Of a stretch of DNA of 64,000 nucleotides, positions 18,901 through 29,187 are shown piece by piece. Under the pieces are notes generated by a model, which was not told where the DNA came from, did no database searches, and was given only the letters and a program-made list of their open reading frames with translations. Position 1 is the first letter of the stretch. Each line of letters opens with the position of its first letter. The stretch spans positions 1 to 64,000 of the forward strand of contig CAVYTU010000004.1 in NCBI GenBank assembly GCA_963771465.1, written 5' to 3'. This DNA is from an uncultured delta proteobacterium (GTDB taxonomy: Bacteria > Desulfobacterota > Binatia > UBA9968). Position numbers and translations under genes: made by a program.

Positions 18901-19119
18901 ATTCTCAACCCCAGCACTCAATCACTCCATGGGCAAAGTCATTTAGTTTCTATGAAGATTTAAGTATTGTCGCCGTCGGCAACACATTTCGTAAAGTTTG
19001 TCCGCGCCCAGCACAATTTGATAACCAGGGACGCACCAAGACTCACGCCCCGATAATATGTCCCGCGCTCGTAACATAATCTCCCCCGTGTCTTGATCCG
19101 CGAAGCGGGATTGATAGCG

Positions 19120-19160
19120 AAAATAAAAAGGGCAAACCGGCTTTCGCCGGCTTGCCCTTT
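19120..19160 (-). terminator. Intrinsic terminator of the ubiD-family gene
   Basis: AAAGGGCAA-a-CCGGC-tttc-GCCGG-c-TTGCCCTTT with a U-rich tract on the minus strand. Confidence 0.8.
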
Positions 19161-19184
19161 GTTAGACAGAACAGGTTTCAGTTA

Positions 19185-20627
19185 TTACTTCTTGCCGTTA
19201 GTTCCGAAAAGTTCCGCGCCCCACTTCTTTGCGGTGGCGTCGAGCACTTCTTTGGCCGATTCGGCGACCGGTGGAAAATCCTTGATCCACTCGTAGGGCC
19301 GGGTCGCGTCGATGATCGCCCGCGAGTTGAAGCCTTTTTTTGTCGGATGGATCACGGGGTCGAGGGGACCGCTCCAACAACGGCGGAGGATATCGATGTC
19401 GGCCTCCGGCTCGCAGCGGCTCGACATCGCCCAGATCATGTCGTCGGTGTTCGATGGATCGATATCATCGTCGACAACGATCACGAAACGGCCGAGATAC
19501 GCACCGGCATGGCACTGCGAGGCGACCACTGCCGCCTGTTTGGCATGGCCGGGATAGCGTTGCTTAATGGCAACGCACATCATCAGTCGGCTGCCGCCGG
19601 AAACCGTCAGCCAGACGCCTTTGACATCCGGCACACCGGCCTTTTCCATTTCGTCCCAAATCAAAGCCGAGCGCAGATAGGAACGATACCAGCCGAGTTC
19701 CGCGGGAGGACGGCCCGGAGGTGAACCGAGTATGATTGGGTCGTTACGGTGATAGAGCCGTTTGACGTGAACCCAAGGCTCGGCGCGTTCGGCGCTAGCG
19801 TAGTAACCGGTCCATTCGCCGAACGGGCCTTCGACTTTCGGATGATCGAAATGGACGTCGCCTTCGATGACGATCTCGGAGTTGGCTGGAATCGGCAAGC
19901 CGGAATATTCGCCCTCGATCATTTCGAAAGGTTCGCCGCGCAAACCGCCGATAAATTCATATTCGGGAACGCCGTAGGGCACTTCAATGCTCCCGGCCAG
20001 GAAAGTCAGTGGATCATGGCCGAACGACATGGCGATTTTAAACGGCTCGCCGCTGGCCTGGTATTTTTCCCGTTGAATACGTCCATGCTTGCCCGGAGAA
20101 ATGTAGAAGCCAAGTTTGTCCTTGTCGTGAATCATCACCCGGTAGGTGCCGTAGTTTACCCAACCTTCGTCGGGATCGCGGGTGATGTCGACGCTACCTG
20201 TGCCGATGTAGCGGCCGCCGTCCTTGTCGTGCCACTTGGGCGTCGGGAACATGAACATATCGATGTCCCCGTCTTTGTAAACATTGTCGAGCAGTGGACT
20301 CTTCTTGACGAACTTGGGCGGGATCGGTTTGATTTTTTTGTAGTTCTCTTTCCAAATCTTGACGAAATCCATCTTGGTATCGCCTGATGGAAGACCGAGG
20401 GTCAACGCCAGGCGCTTGCGAGAAGACAATGAATTCGACAACACCCGAAAACCTTTCGGGTATTCCTTAATATCTTCGAATAGCACCGCGGGACCATCTT
20501 CCTTGTGGGCGACGATTTCGGTGATCGCACCGATTTCTAGGTTCCAATCGCAACCCTTGAGAGTCTTGAGCTCCCCCATTTCATCAGCAATTTGGATCCA
20601 GTCACGTAGATCCTGATATTCCATCAT
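19185..20627 (-). CDS. UbiD-family prFMN-dependent (de)carboxylase
   Basis: DGGRYIGT, NYGTYR, EGPFGEWTGYY, VVDDDID, IIDATRP. Confidence 0.95.
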   Translation of the reverse strand: MMEYQDLRDWIQIADEMGELKTLKGCDWNLEIGAITEIVAHKEDGPAVLFEDIKEYPKGFRVLSNSLSSRKRLALTLGLPSGDTKMDFVKIWKENYKKIKPIPPKFVKKSPLLDNVYKDGDIDMFMFPTPKWHDKDGGRYIGTGSVDITRDPDEGWVNYGTYRVMIHDKDKLGFYISPGKHGRIQREKYQASGEPFKIAMSFGHDPLTFLAGSIEVPYGVPEYEFIGGLRGEPFEMIEGEYSGLPIPANSEIVIEGDVHFDHPKVEGPFGEWTGYYASAERAEPWVHVKRLYHRNDPIILGSPPGRPPAELGWYRSYLRSALIWDEMEKAGVPDVKGVWLTVSGGSRLMMCVAIKQRYPGHAKQAAVVASQCHAGAYLGRFVIVVDDDIDPSNTDDMIWAMSSRCEPEADIDILRRCWSGPLDPVIHPTKKGFNSRAIIDATRPYEWIKDFPPVAESAKEVLDATAKKWGAELFGTNGKK

Positions 20628-20764
20628 TTCCTCCTAAGCGATTTGACAACGATTCGTGCGGGTAGAATTTTGGTGCCTTCGACCTTAGCGAACTTTCACC
20701 TCGTAATCAAGCTTGGGAGCATTCCCCAAGACGCGAGATAATTAATTGAAAACAACGATTTATC

Positions 20765-21268
20765 ATGCTACCCAAAGACATGTCGGGGAAGCTCAAGAGC
20801 GTTGTTGAGATCACAGCGATTGCCGCTCAAGCGCGCCGCAACGGTCAAATCGTAGTTTTCACCAATGGCTGCTTCGACCTGGTGCATCGCGGTCATGTGC
20901 ACCTATTGCGGGCGGCGAAAGCTGCCGGCGATCTGTTGATCGTCGCACTCAACAGCGACCGATCGGTTAAAGAAATTAAGGGACCTAAACGTCCGATTAT
21001 GCCCGAAACGGACCGCATCGAGTTGATCGCGTCGATGGAGATGGTAGACTGCGTCGTTCTATTCGACGAGCCCGATCCGACTGCGCTGATCGACGCGATC
21101 AAACCTGATGTATTAGCCAAAGGCGCGGACTGGAACGCCGACAAAGTCGTCGGCGCGGATCTGGTCGAAAAGAGCGGTGGGCGGGTCGTGCGGATTCCCT
21201 ACTTACGGGGATTCTCAACTAGCGAAATCATTGAAAGGATCGTGAAACAACATGGCGAGAATATGTAG
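20765..21268 (+). CDS. rfaE2: D-glycero-beta-D-manno-heptose 1-phosphate adenylyltransferase (HldC)
   Basis: [37 protein letters not shown]. Confidence 0.95.
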   Translation: MLPKDMSGKLKSVVEITAIAAQARRNGQIVVFTNGCFDLVHRGHVHLLRAAKAAGDLLIVALNSDRSVKEIKGPKRPIMPETDRIELIASMEMVDCVVLFDEPDPTALIDAIKPDVLAKGADWNADKVVGADLVEKSGGRVVRIPYLRGFSTSEIIERIVKQHGENM

Positions 21269-21443
21269 GATATGTGGCAAGGGGCGTTCGGTCGGCTACA
21301 ACGTCAGCCACGCCAACAACAAATCCAAACGGTCGTGGAAGCCAAACTTACAACGGGTGCGCGGCAATTTTGACGGCCAAGTGAAGCGCCTTTTAGTCTG
21401 CACCGACTGCATCCATTCGGGTCGGGTGAAAAAAGTCGCTTGA
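21252..21443 (+). CDS. rpmB: 50S ribosomal protein L28 (Cys-containing form)
   Basis: [25 protein letters not shown]. Confidence 0.97.
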   Translation: MARICRICGKGRSVGYNVSHANNKSKRSWKPNLQRVRGNFDGQVKRLLVCTDCIHSGRVKKVA

Positions 21444-21453
21444 GGGTCGGCTC

Positions 21454-21479
21454 CAATGCGAGGGATTCCACTCGCATTG
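21454..21479. terminator. Hairpin between convergent rpmB and rel
   Basis: CAATGCGAG-N8-CTCGCATTG; no U-tract. Confidence 0.4.
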
Positions 21480-21547
21480 CCGCGGCGCGCAGAGCCTGAA
21501 AATTCTATCAGCGCTTTTCAAAAATAGATCTGCGGCCAGCTTCCCTC

Positions 21548-23758
21548 TCAGTGCAGATCTTCCCTGGGCGGCTGCTCGAGTTCAATTTTGCCGCCGGCCC
21601 GGCCGCGGGCGCGCACGGCTTTGTAGACACCTTTTACTTTCGAGATATTGAGCAGCACCACTTTCAAATGTTCGGAGCTTTTGATCATCACTTCAAAGGT
21701 GTTGATCGCACGCTGGCTCGATGTTCGGATTTGCGCTCTGGCGATATTCGCCTCGGCGCTGGTGATCGCTGCGCTGATCGCGGCCAGCAATCCCGGCTGA
21801 TCGACACAAGTGACCTCGATTTTGACCGGCCGCGGTGCTTGGCCATTTTCTTCCCAACTCACTTCGGTTTTTCGATGGGGATCGCTTTCCAAAACGGTCG
21901 GACATCCGACCGTGTGAACCGTGACGCCACGGCCGCGGGTGATAAAGCCGATAATCGGTTCGCCCGGCAACGGATGGCAGCACAGCGCAAATCGCACCAA
22001 AACGTCGTCGACTCCTTTGACGCGAATCCCCAAACCGCGCCGCTGTTTGGACACCATGCGAAAGAGCGACTGCAGCGAACCGTCGGCCTTTTTCGGTCCG
22101 GCTTCCAATTTTTCCGGCGAGACCAATTTAGCCAACACGTGGCGCGTGGTGAGACGGCCGTAACCGATGGCGGCGAGCAATGCCTCTTCGTCTTTTACCG
22201 CCAATTCTTTCAGCAAGCTTTCGATCTTGCCGTCTTCGCGTAGCTTGCCGTAGTCCAATTGATAACGGTGCAAATCGCTTTCCAGAATTTGCCGGCCCAA
22301 AACCACGCTGCGCTCCCGCTGCTGGGCTTTGAGCCAATTGCGAATCTTCGATTGGGCGCGCGGCGTTTTGACCCATTTCAGCCAATCGCGGGTGGGCGCC
22401 TGTTGCGGCGTGGTGATAATTTCCACCGTGTCCCCGCTGCGAAGAATATATCGCAGTGACACGAGTTGGCCGTTGACCCGAGCGCCTGAGCACCGGTGAC
22501 CCACTTCGGTGTGAATCCGGTAAGCAAAGTCGATCACGGTCGAGCCCTTGGGAAAATTCAAAAGATCGCCTTTCGGCGTGAACACGTACATCGACGTCGA
22601 GAACAGATCTTCTTTGAGGCTGTGCAAAAACTCCTGCGGGTCTTGCAGGTTTTCCTGCCACTCCAGCAGTTGACGCAGCCAGGAGAAGCGGCGCAAATCG
22701 CTAACGTGAAAATCTTCGCCCTCCTTGTAGCGCCAGTGAGCCGCGATTCCTTCCTCGGCGACGCGATGCATCTCATGGCTGCGAATCTGGATTTCGATGC
22801 GCTCGCCGTAGGGGCCGATCACGCTGGTGTGCAGCGACTGATACATGTTCGGCTTAGGGAGCGCGATATAATCCTTAAAACGGCCGGGCACCGGGCGCCA
22901 CTGCTGGTGCACGATGCCGAGCGCCTCGTAACATTCCCGCGGCGTGTCGACCAAAATGCGAAACGCCACGAGATCATAAATTTGATCATAGAGGAGATTT
23001 TGACTCTCCATCTTTTGATAGATGCTGTAGAAATGCTTGGGCCGGCCGGTGACTTCAGCCTCGATGCCTTCGGTTTCGAGCTTCTTGGTGATGATCGAAA
23101 TCACCTCGTCGATATATTTTTCCCGGTCGCCCTTTTTCTTCGCGACGTTGCGCTTGAGCTGGTAGTAGATCTCCGGGTGCAGATGCTTAAGCGCGAGATC
23201 TTCGAGCTCGGTCTTGATCCAGGCGATGCCGAGGCGGTGTGACAACGGCGCGTAGATATCCAAAGTCTCTTGCGCCGTGAGAATCTGATTTTGCCGCGGC
23301 ATATGGTCCAAGGTGCGCATGTTATGCACCCGGTCGGCGAGCTTGATGAGAATCACCCGCACGTCCTTGCCCATGGCGAGCAGCATCTTGCGAAAATTCT
23401 CCGCCTGCTTTTCTTCCTGGCTGCTAAAATTGGCCCGGCTCAATTTCGTCACTCCGTCGACCAGAGCGGCGATTTCACGGCCGAACAAACTTTTAATTTC
23501 TTCCAGTGTTGCTAGCGTATCCTCGACCGTGTCATGCAACAACGCGCCAACCACGCTGGGCACGTCGAGCTTCAGTTCGGCGATGAGATCGGCGACCGCC
23601 ATGGGATGAGTCAGATAAGGTTCTCCGGATCGACGCTTTTGTCCCTGGTGCACCTTGGCGGAAAACTCGTAGGCGGTGCGGATGATCTCGCCATCCGCGG
23701 CGGGATAGTAAGACTGGACTTTTTCTACCAGGTCGCTGATCTTGATGTCTTTGCTCAT
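21548..23758 (-). CDS. relA: Bifunctional (p)ppGpp synthetase/hydrolase Rel/SpoT
   Basis: Intact HD motif LLHDTVED, RFKDYI, YQSLHT, TGS (FTPKGD...DFAY), C-terminal ACT-like region. Confidence 0.97.
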   Translation of the reverse strand: MSKDIKISDLVEKVQSYYPAADGEIIRTAYEFSAKVHQGQKRRSGEPYLTHPMAVADLIAELKLDVPSVVGALLHDTVEDTLATLEEIKSLFGREIAALVDGVTKLSRANFSSQEEKQAENFRKMLLAMGKDVRVILIKLADRVHNMRTLDHMPRQNQILTAQETLDIYAPLSHRLGIAWIKTELEDLALKHLHPEIYYQLKRNVAKKKGDREKYIDEVISIITKKLETEGIEAEVTGRPKHFYSIYQKMESQNLLYDQIYDLVAFRILVDTPRECYEALGIVHQQWRPVPGRFKDYIALPKPNMYQSLHTSVIGPYGERIEIQIRSHEMHRVAEEGIAAHWRYKEGEDFHVSDLRRFSWLRQLLEWQENLQDPQEFLHSLKEDLFSTSMYVFTPKGDLLNFPKGSTVIDFAYRIHTEVGHRCSGARVNGQLVSLRYILRSGDTVEIITTPQQAPTRDWLKWVKTPRAQSKIRNWLKAQQRERSVVLGRQILESDLHRYQLDYGKLREDGKIESLLKELAVKDEEALLAAIGYGRLTTRHVLAKLVSPEKLEAGPKKADGSLQSLFRMVSKQRRGLGIRVKGVDDVLVRFALCCHPLPGEPIIGFITRGRGVTVHTVGCPTVLESDPHRKTEVSWEENGQAPRPVKIEVTCVDQPGLLAAISAAITSAEANIARAQIRTSSQRAINTFEVMIKSSEHLKVVLLNISKVKGVYKAVRARGRAGGKIELEQPPREDLH

Positions 23759-23774
23759 GGCTCCGACAATCCCG

Positions 23775-24407
23775 TCAATGGCGCAGCGGCTCGATCAGCC
23801 ACCGGCGCACTCTTACGGTTCTTGCTCGTTCCGCTTCGACGATGGCGCTTAACGACTTGATGGCAGCGCCCAACTCTCGATTGACGACGTAATAATCATA
23901 CTTGATTATCTCGCTCATTTCACCCCGCGCATTGGCAAGCCGCCGCTCGATCGTCGCCTTGCCGTCAGTACCGCGGGCGGACAAGCGCCGTTTAAGTTCA
24001 GCGATCGACGGCGGCAGGATAAATACCGCCACGGCCTCGGGATAGGCTTGTTTGATCTTGCGTGCGCCTTGGACGTCGATATCGAGAAAAATATCCTGTC
24101 CCGCTTTGACCGCCCGAACGAGCGGCCTTTTCGGCGTGCCGTAATAATAATCGTGCACCCGGGCCCATTCGGCGAATTCGCCACGCCGCTTGAGGGCGGC
24201 AAACCGGCGTTCGCTGATGAATCGATAGTCCCGTCCGCTGATCTCACCGCGGCGGCGCGCCCGTGTCGTCCACGACACCGAAAGGCGAATTTCCGGGTAA
24301 ATTTCGCGCAAGCCATTGTAGAGCGTGGTCTTGCCGGCTCCGGACGGCGCGGAAAGAATAAAGATAATGCCTTGGCGCTTGGCGAGCGGACGGTATGGCC
24401 GTTTCAT
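23775..24407 (-). CDS. gmk: Guanylate kinase
   Basis: SAPSGAGKTT, TTR, YYGT, DIDVQGA, FILPPS. Confidence 0.97.
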   Translation of the reverse strand: MKRPYRPLAKRQGIIFILSAPSGAGKTTLYNGLREIYPEIRLSVSWTTRARRRGEISGRDYRFISERRFAALKRRGEFAEWARVHDYYYGTPKRPLVRAVKAGQDIFLDIDVQGARKIKQAYPEAVAVFILPPSIAELKRRLSARGTDGKATIERRLANARGEMSEIIKYDYYVVNRELGAAIKSLSAIVEAERARTVRVRRWLIEPLRH

Positions 24408-25264
24408 TCGATGTTTTGGGTTTGCTCGCGAATTTTTTCGACCCGCTCTTTACCCTGAAGCACGAGTTGAGTCACGGGCATGTACGGTACTTTGGAAGTG
24501 ATCGTGTTGAGTTCACGGTTGACTTCCTGGAGCATGAAATCGATCCTTTTGCCCACCGGCTCGCGCTCGCGCACGACCCTGGCCAAAGCCACCACGTGAG
24601 TTTTCAGCCGCACCAACTCTTCGTTGATATCACCCTTGAAGGTCACGTTGGAAATCTCCCCGGCCTCCTTGTCGCCAGCCTCGCCGCTTTCGCCATTGGC
24701 CGGTGCGCCTCTTTGCAAGCGAATGCCATTCTCGGCTGCGCGCGCCTCAAGACCGGAGGCAACTTCACGCAAATGGCCGATCTGCGATTCCATGTCGGCG
24801 CGCAGATGCGCTCCCTCGCGTTCGCGCGATTGTTCGAGTTTCTTGAGCGCCGCGCTCAAAGCTTTTAAAACCGCGTGCCGCTCGTTGGCACTATCAATCT
24901 CGACTTCGCGCACATGAAAGACATCCGGTATGGTCGAGAGCAGCGCCACGCCGATTTCTCCGGCCAATTTGTATTTCTTTTTGAGCTGGCTGACCCCGGC
25001 GATATACTGCCCGACCAGTGCCTCATCCATCTCCAATTTTCGACTCTGCCCCTTGGCCGCGTAGCGATTGACATAAAGATCGATCCGGCCGCGCGAGATC
25101 TTCTCGCGTACCCGTTTGCGCACGTCCTCTTCGAAGGACAAATATTCCCGCGGCGCGCGCACCTGCAAATCGAGATGGCGGTGATTGACGCTGCGAATTT
25201 GCACGGTCACTTTCGCGCCCTTGATGTTCTGCGATGCTTCGCCGTAGCCCGTCATGCTCTTCAT
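24404..25264 (-). CDS. yicC: YicC/YloC-family endoribonuclease
   Basis: MKSMTGYG, RSVNHRHLD, EELVRL, QEVNRELNT, REQTQNIE. Confidence 0.96.
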   Translation of the reverse strand: MKSMTGYGEASQNIKGAKVTVQIRSVNHRHLDLQVRAPREYLSFEEDVRKRVREKISRGRIDLYVNRYAAKGQSRKLEMDEALVGQYIAGVSQLKKKYKLAGEIGVALLSTIPDVFHVREVEIDSANERHAVLKALSAALKKLEQSREREGAHLRADMESQIGHLREVASGLEARAAENGIRLQRGAPANGESGEAGDKEAGEISNVTFKGDINEELVRLKTHVVALARVVREREPVGKRIDFMLQEVNRELNTITSKVPYMPVTQLVLQGKERVEKIREQTQNIE

Positions 25265-26244
25265 ATTCTATCTGCAATACTCCTCTTGAGTTTTTCTCCA
25301 GGCACGGCCACCGTGCCAACCTCATCGCCGACAAATCCCGCCGCGATATTGGCCAACAGCGCCGCCTCTTCGTAACTACCGCCGCTTGCCAACGCCAAGG
25401 CGCACACGGCCACGACGGTATCTCCGGCGCCGGTGACTTCGAAGACATCGCGCGGCTCGGTGGGGAAATGTTTGACCGCGCGACGCGGCCGAAACAGACT
25501 CATGCCATCGGGACCGCGGGTGATCAACACCGCCCGGGCGCGCCACTGACGCACGAGCTTGGTACCGGCGGCACCCAATGATGCAGCATCGTCGATGGTG
25601 ATCATCGCAGCCTCGCTCGCCTCGTTCTTGTTCGGCGTGATCAATGTGGGAAAACGATAGTGCCGGTAGTTTTCTTTTTTTGGATCGATGACGCAAATAA
25701 TTTTGCTTTGCGCCGCCCGTTCGCCGACGATATCGAGCAGCTCTTTGTGAATGACCCCTTTGCCGTAATCGGAAATGACGATGCCATCGTAGCGGCCGAG
25801 TCCGGCGCGAACAAACTCGCGCAACTTCTTGCGCGTCGCCGCGCTGGCCGGCTGGCGGCTTTCACGATCGAGACGGACAATTTGTTGGTGGCGCGGGCTG
25901 GCGATGATGCGGGTTTTTTGAATCGTCGCCACCGCGCGGTCGACGCACACGCCAGCGATGGAGGCGCCGACTTGGCGCAACGCCGCAACCACACGCTTGC
26001 CGCCATCGTCCTGGCCAACGATACCGCATGCGGTTACTCGCCCGCCGAGAGAACGAACATTATGAACCACGTTGGCGGCACCGCCCAAGCTGGTGCTTTC
26101 CGACAGTACGCGCACCACGGGCACTGGCGCTTCGGGTGAAATGCGCTCGACTTCGCCGCGAATGAAGCGATCGAGCATGAGATCACCGACGACTAAAAGA
26201 TGGGTCCGGGAAAATTTCTCGACAAGTTTTAAGAGGGTGTCCAT
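25261..26244 (-). CDS. rfaE1: D-glycero-beta-D-manno-heptose-7-phosphate kinase (HldA)
   Basis: GDLMLD, RISPEAPVPV, GGAANV, SDYGKG, VTGAGDT. Confidence 0.95.
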   Translation of the reverse strand: MDTLLKLVEKFSRTHLLVVGDLMLDRFIRGEVERISPEAPVPVVRVLSESTSLGGAANVVHNVRSLGGRVTACGIVGQDDGGKRVVAALRQVGASIAGVCVDRAVATIQKTRIIASPRHQQIVRLDRESRQPASAATRKKLREFVRAGLGRYDGIVISDYGKGVIHKELLDIVGERAAQSKIICVIDPKKENYRHYRFPTLITPNKNEASEAAMITIDDAASLGAAGTKLVRQWRARAVLITRGPDGMSLFRPRRAVKHFPTEPRDVFEVTGAGDTVVAVCALALASGGSYEEAALLANIAAGFVGDEVGTVAVPGEKLKRSIADRI

Positions 26245-26260
26245 GATGCAACAGTAAAAT

Positions 26261-27367
26261 CTAATTAACGCCCTCAAGAAGCTCGTAGTAAAAGGCTTCA
26301 TTCTTAAGCGCCGTTTTTGCCAACGTGAAGTGCTCGAGCACCCGCGCACGCCCGTGCTGACCCATCTCGGCGGCCAGCTCGGGCTGGGCCACGAGTTTCG
26401 CGATGGCGACGGCCAAAGCCTCTGCATCGCGCGGTGCAACGAGAATGCCGGTGACGCCGTCGACGATCGACTCGGCCAACCCACCGACACGCGTGGCAAT
26501 CACCGGCCGGCCCGCCGCCATCGCCTCGAGCGCGGCAACGCCCAAGCCTTCGAATAACGAGGGCATCACGAAAACGTCGACATCGGCTAGAAATGCGGCC
26601 GTATCGGAAACAAAACCGCAGAACTGGATGTCGTCTTGCAATCCAAGCCGAATCGCATCTCGCTGCAAAGATTGTCGGAGCAGACCGTCGCCGGCGATCC
26701 GAATCGTTACACTCGAGCCTTGCCGTTTCAGTTTCCCTGCTGCCTCAAGCAAATAACCATGCCCCTTGCGCTCTTCGAGCACGCCAACCGAGCCGATGAC
26801 GAGTTCGCCAGCCGATTTTACCGTCGTCGGCCGCGCCGCCATGAATCGTTGTGGCTCGATGCCGCTCGCAATCACCCAAATTTTCTCCCGGGTGACTCCC
26901 GCTGCCCGTAACAATTCGGCGATCTTCTGAGAAATCGCCACGACACCGTCGACCCGCCGATTGTACAAACAGTGGGTGTACCAATTATTCGATTCTGGAT
27001 AATCCATCCGGCGGGTCACTAGATATCTAGGCCGAGAATGAAAACGCGGCAGCCACAGCGCCAGCGTGTGCGCCCGCTTGGTATGAAGATGGACAATATC
27101 GTATTCACCGGTTCGGATGAGCCGGCGCAGCGCGGGAATACAACGCCAATCAAGATCGTTGCGAATAACGATCGGGCGGCAGACAATTTCTAGCTTCTGA
27201 CACTGACTGAATAACCGCCCATTGGGATGGGCCAATAGTTCGTTTTCATGTCCCTTGGCGGCGAGGCAATTGATGAGCCCTAATACCTGCGCCTCCCCAC
27301 CACCCCACTTTCGCTCAGGATCGATATGCAAAATCTTGAGCCGGCGGTTAGCGCCGCTGATGGTCAA
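26261..27367 (-). CDS. GT4 glycosyltransferase
   Basis: WGGGE, EGLGVAALEAM (EX7E). Confidence 0.92.
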   Translation of the reverse strand: MTISGANRRLKILHIDPERKWGGGEAQVLGLINCLAAKGHENELLAHPNGRLFSQCQKLEIVCRPIVIRNDLDWRCIPALRRLIRTGEYDIVHLHTKRAHTLALWLPRFHSRPRYLVTRRMDYPESNNWYTHCLYNRRVDGVVAISQKIAELLRAAGVTREKIWVIASGIEPQRFMAARPTTVKSAGELVIGSVGVLEERKGHGYLLEAAGKLKRQGSSVTIRIAGDGLLRQSLQRDAIRLGLQDDIQFCGFVSDTAAFLADVDVFVMPSLFEGLGVAALEAMAAGRPVIATRVGGLAESIVDGVTGILVAPRDAEALAVAIAKLVAQPELAAEMGQHGRARVLEHFTLAKTALKNEAFYYELLEGVN

Positions 27368-28157
27368 TTTTCTTTTTCTCCTCCGCTTCTAACTCCCACA
27401 ATTTAGCATACTTGAGAAAAACATAAACGGCGGCAGTGACAGCGACATAAAATCCGGCAAAACCTTCCAAGAAACCGCGCTTGATGATGTAGGATCGAAA
27501 AAATCGCACCGGCGGTCGTAACAACGCATCGCTCAGGCGCCAATGGCCGCCTACCTTTTTTAGTTCCCTCGATGAGATGGAGGTAAACCGGTTAATGCGT
27601 TCTATGTGATCGTCGATGTTTCGGTAGGTATAGTGTTCCAAATAATGCTTCAACCGGCGAACGTTGCCGTTGACGAGAATTTTCTCATGGGGATCATTGC
27701 CGCCCCAGGTGGCGCGCTCGCGGCGAAACAAACGCACGTCGTAGTCCGGATACCAGCCACCGCGCCACCACCAACGGTGTAAGTAACGCACCAGCCGCGG
27801 CAGCGAATAGCCGGCGTACGCGGCGCTATCGTGAACCAGCGCATCAAGGATCTCTTGCCGCAGTGCCGGTGTGACCCGCTCGTCGGAATCCACCAGCAAA
27901 ACCCAATCTTTAGTTGCTTGCGAATGGGCGAACGCCTTTTGATCGCGATAGCCCGCCCATTGGCGCTGCATAAAGCGCTCGGTATAGCGGCGGCATATCT
28001 CCGGTGTACGATCCGTGCTAAATGAATCGACCACGACAATCTCATCGCACCAGCGCAGACTTTCGAGACAGGCTTCGATGCGCTGTTCTTCGTTATAGCA
28101 GACGACGATCGCAGAGACCGACGGGGGCCGATTTGGCGGATTTGAACTATGGCTCAT
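27348..28157 (-). CDS. GT2 glycosyltransferase, WaaE/KdtX-like
   Basis: NEEQRI, VVDSFSTDRT, DSDE, WYPD..RLF, HE, KYAKLWE. Confidence 0.9.
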   Translation of the reverse strand: MSHSSNPPNRPPSVSAIVVCYNEEQRIEACLESLRWCDEIVVVDSFSTDRTPEICRRYTERFMQRQWAGYRDQKAFAHSQATKDWVLLVDSDERVTPALRQEILDALVHDSAAYAGYSLPRLVRYLHRWWWRGGWYPDYDVRLFRRERATWGGNDPHEKILVNGNVRRLKHYLEHYTYRNIDDHIERINRFTSISSRELKKVGGHWRLSDALLRPPVRFFRSYIIKRGFLEGFAGFYVAVTAAVYVFLKYAKLWELEAEEKKKIDHQRR

Positions 28158-28280
28158 AGCGCGGCCTTACTAACGCCGGGCGCTTCGCTTCATTACGCAC
28201 TGCTACACGCGAGAACGTTAGCCGGCTCGTTGGTTAATCCCGTCGGCTGCTGGCTGCTTGAAGCCGCGGCTAATAGATTA

Positions 28281-29186
28281 TCAGCCAGCGATTTTTCTGG
28301 TTATCACGGCCAGCATGGCGCGGTAGTGGAAGTAACGTCCCTTCGCACGATACTGTTTACGCACATCACCTTTCATCGAGTACCAACCGAAAGTCCACAT
28401 CGAGCGCAGGAGATTGGGTAGAATTGAACCGAGAGTTTGCTTCTTGTAGATAAGACGACTGCGCCCTTGCTGCTCATGGCGCTCCCGAAAGAACTCTTCA
28501 GTGAGACGCGCCCAGTCGACTTCGTGATACACCGCCGCTTCCGGCACGTAGCCGATCATGCCACCACTCTGGCGCAGCCGTTTGGCGAACTCTACATCCT
28601 CGGAAATTCCTGACCGTCCCGGACCCAGTTCTTCGTTGAAATAGCCGATGCGGGAGAAGACTTGCTTGCGAATGGCCATGTTCGCGCCGGTGAGCGTATC
28701 TAATTCGATCAACTTGCGCGAGTACTGCACAAAGTTAATAGTTCTGAACTTATGCTGCGCGATTAAAAAATTTTTATCGCTCAGCATATCAGGCGGAACG
28801 AGAATCGGACCCTGCATGGCGTCGTGCGGTTTCTCGCGGAAAAATTTGTCCGCCGCCGACAACCAACCCGGCGCGACTACGACATCGTCGTCGAAGAAAG
28901 CCAATACACTTCCGCGTGCCTCTCCAATTGCCTTGTTTTGGGATCGGCATTTACCCGCAGAGGGCTCCCTTACGTGCCGAAACTTATCCCCATGGCGGCG
29001 GCTGAGATCGTCGACAATTTGCCTAATCCGCGTCGCGACCTGCTCGTCGCGAGCGTTGTTGGCGACGATCACTTCATGCTCCACCCCACTGGCGTCAAAT
29101 TCCTCAGTTAGGCTTTCGAGCAGTCGATGCAAGGACTCGCAGCGTTCATAGGTAGCGATGATTACGGTAAAAAGGGGGACACTCAT
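28281..29186 (-). CDS. GT2 glycosyltransferase
   Basis: TVIIATYER, FFDDD, GANM, EDVEF. Confidence 0.9.
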   Translation of the reverse strand: MSVPLFTVIIATYERCESLHRLLESLTEEFDASGVEHEVIVANNARDEQVATRIRQIVDDLSRRHGDKFRHVREPSAGKCRSQNKAIGEARGSVLAFFDDDVVVAPGWLSAADKFFREKPHDAMQGPILVPPDMLSDKNFLIAQHKFRTINFVQYSRKLIELDTLTGANMAIRKQVFSRIGYFNEELGPGRSGISEDVEFAKRLRQSGGMIGYVPEAAVYHEVDWARLTEEFFRERHEQQGRSRLIYKKQTLGSILPNLLRSMWTFGWYSMKGDVRKQYRAKGRYFHYRAMLAVITRKIAG

Positions 29187-29187
29187 G

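Noticed and set aside
18909-18930. Degenerate 8-bp-period run (ccagcact-caatcact-ccat)
   Set aside because: Fewer than three imperfect units and no partner array; too weak to call.
21496-21511. CTGAAAATTCTATCAG, a 13/16 match to the putative SOS box
   Set aside because: It lies between two convergent 3' ends, where there is no promoter to repress; probably chance.
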